Below are positions 49,215-56,463 of a stretch of 56,463 nucleotides of DNA, piece by piece. The stretch is taken from NCBI GenBank assembly GCA_020536535.1, contig JAHLWZ010000213.1, positions 1 through 56,463 on the forward strand. The letters run 5' to 3'. Origin of the DNA: Pelomyxa schiedti (Eukaryota > Protista > Evosea). The notes below the pieces were generated by a model, which searched no databases, had not been told where the DNA came from, and worked only from the letters and a program-made list of their open reading frames with translations. Position 1 is the stretch's first letter, and each line of letters starts with the position of its first letter. The translations under genes and the position numbers were made by a program.

Positions 49215-51760
49215 TTAGGGCTTCTTGGATTTATCTTGGCTCTTTTTTTGTGCCTTTTTGATGATTTTGTTCTTGTCCTTCTTCTTCAGCTTCTTCTTCC
49301 TTTTTTCTCGGTTTTCTTCTTTGACTCTCTTCTTATCATCCTGGTAACGAATCAGTGGGTTGTCTTTGTATTTGTAGTACCTTTCTTCTTTTTTTCTCTT
49401 CAGGGTCTTTCGAACTGGGTTTTTTCACCTTGGGTACCATGATACCATCGTCACCGTCATCAGAATCATCGTCACTGTCTTCACTTCCGGTAGAGTCGGT
49501 TTCATTGTCACTTTCCTCCCTTTCACTGGATATGGAGGTTGGCTGGGCAACTGGAAGTGAAGAAGTAGTAGTTGTATTGGAATGCTGTACAGGTTCAACC
49601 TCTGTATGTTGTGGTGTTGGTTGTGGTGATGGAATTCTCACAGTTTGTGTTGGAGTTGAAGTTGAAGTTGCCAGTGGTTTTTCATGTGCTTCTGGGGTGC
49701 TTGGAGCAGATGAGTCTTGTGTCAATGTCTTGGGTTCACCTGTGTCTACCTTTTTGCCGTTGGTCAGATAAATAGTGTCGGGTTGCGAAATTGCATTTAC
49801 ATCAGACTTTTTCGCGGTTGTTTGCTCTAAGCCGGCCACCTTATCATACAGAACCTGGGTATGAATTGGAAGATGGAAGATTTGAAAGGAGAATGACCGG
49901 TGGTGCCCGCTCTCTTTCAAAAATATCACGTTCAGCATTTGTCACTTGAGAAAGGGTGCGTGGTATATACGAGTTCAAGAATACTGCCTCTTGTACTTGT
50001 GCAGAGTCGGGCCCACTGCGTGTACGCTGCGATCTTTGATGGGCCTACAAAAACTGAGAACCAGCCAACTCATAATTAAATTCTTATTGCATCTTATAGA
50101 AAGGTACTTCAACGAGATAGTTGTCAATATTATCTATGGTCAGCACAGTAACAAAGTCAAAGAGCTCCTTTGCTGTCAGTACACTGACTACAAACAGATA
50201 AGGTACAAAGGTTTTGGGGGGGAACCATCAAACTTACCACCCTTTTTAGAGAAATAATCATTAATATTAGTGCAATCCATGCGAAGGAAGTCCAAGGCGT
50301 GAGGGTGGTCATGCTCCACCGACTGGGAGACATCTATTATCCAAAGCTTCCCCTGAAAATATCTGCCAAATTCGATATGTGTGCATAAACTGGATAACAT
50401 ACAACATATTGTATTCACTCAAGTCCGCGTGAACGAGTTTGCACTGATGATACATTGTCCTCATCATTCTAATACATTGATCATATGCTTCTTGTAGCTT
50501 GCTTTCTGTCAACGTTGCATCCTTAAGACGAGGGGCTGGCCTAAAATTTTCAACAATTTACAGTGGGTCAAAGTTGGATACACACCAGCCATCTTTTCCA
50601 AGAAATTGCATAACTAAAACATGACTGCGCATAATTACTGGTTTTGGAGAAGGAATTCCAGCCATTTGAAGCCTGTTGAGATTTCGTACTTCTTTTTCAG
50701 CCCAGACCTTAGGGAGTATTGGAGTGAACAAGTTTTACAAAGAAAAAACATGTTCCTACCTGGACCATTTTTCGTGGGTTGTGCTTGCAGTACCCTCTTC
50801 GATACCTAAATTCCCCTTCTACATAGCGCTCTCGATCTTTGAAAACAAGAATACTTGTTTTGTACACCTAGACTCAGTGGGAAAAAAAAGTGACTTGGAA
50901 GGAATACCTTTACAGCCAATTCAACTTGCTCTGGTAGCTCTTGTAGTTGTTGGTCTGTCATGGCTGTGCTATATGTGTTGCTGCATGCTCGAAGTCCACC
51001 CCCAATGGCATAGTAAACATTTGCTTCTTTGCCAGTGCTTATGCAACCATGTATCTCTGTTAGTACTCCACGGTTCAGGAGTTTGAGAAGAACAAGCCGG
51101 GTCCTTGGATCCAATACTAGTTTACTTTGTGATTACAGTTTGCAGGAAAATTTGGCATACCCTGCTCATTAGTGGCTCTGTCGGCACGTTCTCTGATGCT
51201 ACAAACTTGCTTAAGAGAAAGCATTTTGATATGGTAGAGTACTTGAGGCCGACATGGTCCTTGGCTGCCTTAGCATTGAAAACATTGGTTGGCAGCGAGT
51301 GTATCACTTGATCCAAGTGCACCTTACCACCAGATATGATACTGGTGGACGTTTTTATCGAAAAATCGTCCAGTTGTGGGCCCACATCAGTGAACTCTTT
51401 AGGAAAACTTATTAAGGAATTCAAGAAATCCCCATTCATCTCACCAAAGAGGAAAAAGAAAAATAAATACCCACCCAACAACTCGTCGCCATCGCTGTCG
51501 TCGTAATCGTCGTCGTCGTCATCGGCGCGCCGTCTTCGCGGCATTCCGCCGGACTTGGCAGTTGCATCTTTCCGCCGTTTCGGATCGTGAACGTCGGTCG
51601 TTTTTTCCAGGCGATCATCAGCTACGCTGCTGACATCTACTTGAGCGTCTACGTCGACACGCGTAGTTGTAGGTCCACCACTGCTGGCCTTGTGTTTGGT
51701 CTTTGTCTTTGATCTGGAGGCTGTGGTAGATGTCGTCGTCGTCGTAGTAGTTGTGGACAT
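49215..51760 (-). CDS. RIOK1: RIO1 atypical kinase, multi-exon
   Basis: [42 protein letters not shown], basic C-terminus. Confidence 0.95.
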
Positions 51761-52150
51761 TTCGGCCTTGAGCGTTGTGAGGCAATAAAAAAAAAAAAAA
51801 AGAAATATTCGGCGATAGCAGATTGATTGCGTGTTGTCAGAAATAGCACAATGACAACTAACGAACGCCACCATGTTCAGATACAAAATGGGAGGGTTAG
51901 GGGGAGAAGGACCTGTTGGAGAAAGTGTTACCTTCACTGATTGAGGTTTCTTTTACCTGACATCAAAGTCGTTGACAAGCAAGAAGCTCTCGACAATGCA
52001 GTTAACTCTAACTAGGTGGCGAATCCCCGGAGATCTAGTTACCACTAGTGGTTTGATCCACCATCATCGAGGACCCATCACGAGTTTACCGGTGAATCGC
52101 CAGTCTTGATCTTTCGAAAGGAAAGAAAAAAGAGAGAGTAACAATAACGG

Positions 52151-53558
52151 ATGGGGGCGAGTGACAGCCGGTCGTCGGTGAGCACGAGGGGAACCAGGGG
52201 CGACGGGGAATCCACCACAGCGTCGTCTTCGTCGTCGTCGTCTACGTCCAGAAGCGCGAGGGTGGAGGAGCCTTACAGATTCGTGGCCAACCGAGAGAAG
52301 TACGAGTCGTTGGAGATGGTGCAAGACGGTTTGGCAAAGGCTGGTTTGGAGAGCTCAAACCTAATTATTGGTACCTATTCTTTTGTGTTATATCTTTTTT
52401 TTTTTTTTTTTATTCCCCTTTTTGGTAGTGACCTGGTAACTTTTTGTTTTTGGTTTCTTTCTTAGCACCATGTGTTAGTTTAAGTAATAGTTTTGAACAG
52501 GGATTGACTACACAATCAGCAATACTGATGCTGGCAAAAACTCGTTCTTTGGGAGGTCACTACACGCAATTGAAGAGGGTTTTCCTAATCCTTATCAACA
52601 AGTAATAGCTACTGTGGGACGTACACTAGAGGTGAATTCCCTACAACAACTTCCAGTTTCATAAAACAAAAATAGAGATTTGATGATGACAAACTCATAC
52701 CCGTATTTGGGTACTCCCTCCCCCACTATATTTGTCACTCCTTACAACAGTTGCAAGTTTTGGAGACCAGACAACCAAGGATAAGGCAATATTTGCTTTT
52801 TACCAAGACCATGTTTGCCACGGCTTTGAGGAGGTTTTGCAGAGGTACAATCAGTTGACACCCACAATCAAGCTCGGTGGTCCCACATCCTTTGCACCTG
52901 TTATAAGGTATTCTATGAACTTTGTGTTACTGATATTAAGTCACTTCGATTGTTAGGAATGCAATTGAAATAGTGAAGAGGGAACGTGCTTATCACATAC
53001 TCATCATTATTGCTGGTGACTCCCCTTTATTTACCGTGATTACTCTAAATTTCTGTTCCAAGATGGCCAAGTTACACATGATAGTGAATTTTGCCATGCG
53101 ACTGCCGAGACAATTGCTTCTATTGTGGAGGCCTCCAGTTACCCTTTATCAATTATTGTCGTTGGTGTAGGTTGTTCTTCAATTGTACGTAATTAGCACC
53201 TAATTCAACAAAAGGTGATGGCCCTTGGGATCAGATGGAAGAGGTTTTTACAGCCTTCTTTCTCGTTTTTAAACTAAGTTATCGAACAGTTTGACTCACA
53301 ACTGCCAGAAAGAAAGTTCGATAACTTCCGGGTATATCTTCGCATAGAAAAAAATGTAATAACTCGCACACAGTTCGTAGACTACTTCAATACCATAAAT
53401 CAAGTGACGACTGGTGGCCCAGAGCAAAAAGATATTGCTTTTGCAATAGCTGCTCTCCAGGTACAAGTCTTAGTACATGACACTGAAGTCCTTCAGCTGA
53501 CTCAGTACAGGAAATCCCGGATCAGTACATTGCCATTCGAAAGTTACATCTTCTGTAG
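52151..53558 (+). CDS. Copine/vWA protein, RGLG-like, N-myristoylation motif, no C2 or RING domain, multi-exon
   Basis: MGASDS, LESSNLII|GIDYTISN, NPYQQVI, FDDDKLIP, GPTSFAPVI, YPLSIIVVGVGDGPW, FDNF, EIPDQY. Confidence 0.9.
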
Positions 53559-53673
53559 ACTACATACTCCGTTTTGCCTTTTTCTTTTGTACAAATGGTT
53601 TTTGGCAAAATAACTGTTCTTTTTTCTTTAGTCTGTAATCTAGATTCCCTAATAGTGTGGTGTTAACTGACTT

Positions 53674-55506
53674 TCACAGCTTGTCGAGCCTTTCAACAAA
53701 CGGTGCCAAGTCCTTTCTTGCCGCGGCCATAATTTGGGGTGCAAAGAATTCCCACAGGAAATGCTCAAACTTGGGCCTCAGCTGGTTCTCGGCATAGTTA
53801 CGCAGCCATTCTGTGTATTTCGGCACGTTCTTATCTGAGTGGCTCTCCACTGTGACATTACGGACGGCTTCTTCCCAGAGCTCCGGGGTGGAGTATTTCT
53901 TGGCCTCCTCGAATATAGCGGTCCGGCCGGCGGAATCCATGGTTTCTGCTCTCTTCGTGGCCGGCTGTGCTGTCTCGATGTCGGCTCTTACTTTGTTGTA
54001 TGCTTCGATTTGCTCTGGTGTCAGGTATTTGTTTACGTACCATTTCCCCAACCCCGCGGTGAGTCCAGGAAGCATGTAGGTCTTTAGGTCACCCCACAGA
54101 TAGCACATGATCTCCTCGGTGGCTTCTTTCTTTAGATCAGCATCAAGCTCTTCAGATAGTCCCACAATGTCTCTACTCTTCTCTGGGAACCCCTGCTCTT
54201 GTAAGTGCTGCACTGCTTTCCTGAATCTTGCTTCCACATTCCACATATTTCCAATAGTGTCCACTATGCCTTCTACAGTTAGTGTTTGGACGGTGGCGTG
54301 GTCGACTCCCCTATTGTGCTTCTCTTTGAATTTGGAAGCAAGAACCTTGCTGATGCGGGGAGGAGCATCCTTTACATTCGGAGGAATGTCGAACAGCTTT
54401 ATGACATATCCCTCGACATCAGTGCCCCCAAGGCAGGAAGTAATCTTCCCCTCATTGATGAACCTCTCACACACCACGTGCGGGTCGTCATTGCCCTCAG
54501 AGGGAGCGTTGTGCACAAACACAGTCTGCACACATTCCAGGCCGATTCTCCCAGATTCCTGCGCCAGTTCGTCCGGAGTGAAATAGCGGCCTCCAGTGAC
54601 ATTCTTGGAGTAAGCTTCGTACGCGGCGCCGGACTGTCCCACAGAGTCCGGGCAGAATATGTCGTACAGGATGACATATCTCTTTGGCCGCCTTTCGTAC
54701 ACACTCACGTTGTGGATTGGCTTGCCGAGGTACTCGCCGTGGTATATGAGCCCTGGGCTCAGCAAGTGCTTTATTCCCTCGAGGGCGTGGACCGCGTTGA
54801 GAAACATTGGGTTGGAGGCCAGGTCCTTCCCATGATTGTCGAACACCAGGCTCGATTGGCCGCCGCTAACAGCGGAATCCGCGGCTGCGACGGAGGAAGT
54901 GGGAGTCGAACTGGAAGCGGCACTGGCACTGACGTCGGAAGGAGGTAATTCTGAAGAAGCAGAAGTTGTTGATGATGTTGGTGTTGATGCAGAGGGAGAG
55001 GAAGGGGAGGAGGGCGGAATTATGGGAGCGGGAGTGGGAGTGGGAGGATTTACCCTGACGGCGAAAGTGAGCTGGCTGCCGTCAATTTTTTCCTGGACGT
55101 ACCATTTGGTGTCCGCGGGCCATTTTGCAGCGCTCTTGGGCCCGAGGACTGAGAAAGACGGGTAGGCGATCTTGTTACCCCCCGTCGCCACGATATTATG
55201 GGAGCCACCCGGGGCCTTGGGACCGGGGTTTGCCCCGCCACCCCTGTTGCCTTTTGCGGCAGTTGCCTTCTTACCGGGCGTATCAACACCCTTTTCGGTC
55301 GCAGTCGTAGTAGCAGTCGTCGAAGCAGACGAGGTGGTTGGTGGTGACGTCACGTCGACAACTGCCACCCCCGTGGAGGTGCTACTGGGTTTTTCAGGGA
55401 CAACAACAGCACTGACAGGGGGCTGTGCAGTTGCTGAGGTGTCGTCATCGTGGGATGGTGCTGGCGTGGTGGTCGTTGCTGTCGCCGCTGGCTTATTCTC
55501 GTCCAT
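53674..55506 (-). CDS. ATP-dependent RNA ligase, Rnl2-like (phage/giant-virus type), intronless
   Basis: Nucleotidyltransferase motifs I QEKIDGSQ, III YHGEY, IIIa ILYDI, IV EGYVIK, V SKVLASKFKE, then helical domain EARFRKAVQHL. Confidence 0.85.
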   Translation of the reverse strand: MDENKPAATATTTTPAPSHDDDTSATAQPPVSAVVVPEKPSSTSTGVAVVDVTSPPTTSSASTTATTTATEKGVDTPGKKATAAKGNRGGGANPGPKAPGGSHNIVATGGNKIAYPSFSVLGPKSAAKWPADTKWYVQEKIDGSQLTFAVRVNPPTPTPAPIIPPSSPSSPSASTPTSSTTSASSELPPSDVSASAASSSTPTSSVAAADSAVSGGQSSLVFDNHGKDLASNPMFLNAVHALEGIKHLLSPGLIYHGEYLGKPIHNVSVYERRPKRYVILYDIFCPDSVGQSGAAYEAYSKNVTGGRYFTPDELAQESGRIGLECVQTVFVHNAPSEGNDDPHVVCERFINEGKITSCLGGTDVEGYVIKLFDIPPNVKDAPPRISKVLASKFKEKHNRGVDHATVQTLTVEGIVDTIGNMWNVEARFRKAVQHLQEQGFPEKSRDIVGLSEELDADLKKEATEEIMCYLWGDLKTYMLPGLTAGLGKWYVNKYLTPEQIEAYNKVRADIETAQPATKRAETMDSAGRTAIFEEAKKYSTPELWEEAVRNVTVESHSDKNVPKYTEWLRNYAENQLRPKFEHFLWEFFAPQIMAAARKDLAPFVERLDKL

Positions 55507-55720
55507 GAACGGAACAAAAGTGTTGGGTGATTTTTCTTTGAAGTAAGTCGGCGGTTTCTAGTTTCAGGAAGTCCTCCAATTACAAAAAAATAAAAGATAT
55601 TTATCTCATGCAGCAAGTGTTATTCCTCTGAGAGGGAGCACCACCTCAGAAGTGTCCATCACGAAGCAGGGAAAGAACTTTTTGATTTTGAGATAAATTA
55701 AGGGGTAATAGATCTGTAAA

Positions 55721-56463
55721 ATGTCGTACCGGGCACTGGTCGAGTTGTAAGTGACCTCCGGCGGGTTTTTAGTTGACTGGTTTTGCTTAGGGCACTTGTG
55801 GAGTGTGGGGATAAAATTGTGGGAAAGTCCACCAGGCAACTCAACTCTGGTTTGGGTTCATTTCGTTTCTTTGTTTGGTGTTATTTGTTTTATAGTTTGT
55901 ATCTTGGTCATCTCAAAATACCTTGCTGAAATGTTTCTTAGCACTGCTTGGGGCATTTTTGAAAAAACACCCAAGTTACAAAAAGACTCACAGTACTGAT
56001 TGGAAGACAACTGGGTTTAAAACCCTGACAGGATTTGTGGAACACCTGGAAAAAAGGGGGTGTATGTGATCCCCTTACTTATTTTGGTGGATACTTTTCC
56101 CTAAGTTTGACCACAGTTGTCAAACTTTCAGGAAATACAATTACCGCGGTGCCAGTTTTTAAAGCCCCCGCAGCTGCCGATTCTGACACAGACTCAACTA
56201 TTACGGATGATACTTCCAGTGGTATCTGGCAGTTGGCTGCCTTAATATTACCTATACCTTCATAGATGATTCCTCCGAAATCTCCGAATCTGAAGACACC
56301 TCAGAAAATGACACAGAGTCTGACGCAAGCGAACCTGAGCCTTCTCTGTCAACCCCTACTGTGACGCTCCCCCTAAAGACATCCCCCTTTGGAAGTTTTC
56401 TTTGTTTTTCCTTTGCCCTTCCCTTTCCCTTTTGATTTACTCTTCCCGCCTTCCTCACCATCA
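55721..56463 (+). CDS. Hypothetical multi-exon protein with acidic region, runs off the window
   Basis: ATG at 55721 followed by GT-AG-bounded exons including DDSSEISESEDTSENDTESDASE. Confidence 0.45.

Noticed and set aside
56252-56461. Minus-strand 69-aa ORF
   Set aside because: Splice signals and the acidic reading frame favour a plus-strand gene

Overview
Gene-dense eukaryotic (protist) genomic DNA with many short GT-AG introns and intergenic gaps often under 250 bp. Actin sequence, lineage-type N-terminal motifs and gene style suggest an amoebozoan, probably an archamoeba such as Pelomyxa (inference). Position 1-828 is a near-identical copy of 26384-27206 next to a 100-N gap. Housekeeping genes: CAP, a DDX18/HAS1-like helicase, actin, TMEM120, eIF2-beta, NAA20, an ABCG transporter, a CASC3/Btz protein, ATG1/ULK, RRP8, lipin, RIO1 and a copine. 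There are six tRNA genes. The most notable items, several invisible in the ORF track because they need splicing, are: (1) an RRM-Maelstrom protein keeping both the DEDDh-type nuclease residues and the ECHC zinc site, head-to-head with the Btz gene; (2) an intronless phage/giant-virus-type Rnl2 RNA ligase with an apparently duplicated C-terminal domain; (3) an ATD-less ionotropic glutamate receptor homologue with intact SYTANLA gate but lacking both canonical amino-acid-binding residues; (4) a tRNA-Arg with the G34 anticodon GCG, atypical for eukaryotes; (5) an intron-containing bacterial-type DUF4019 gene; (6) a ~95-nt pre-miRNA-like hairpin; (7) recurrent C/A-rich to G/T-rich skew flips independent of gene orientation. 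Exon structures were read by eye, so internal boundaries are approximate.
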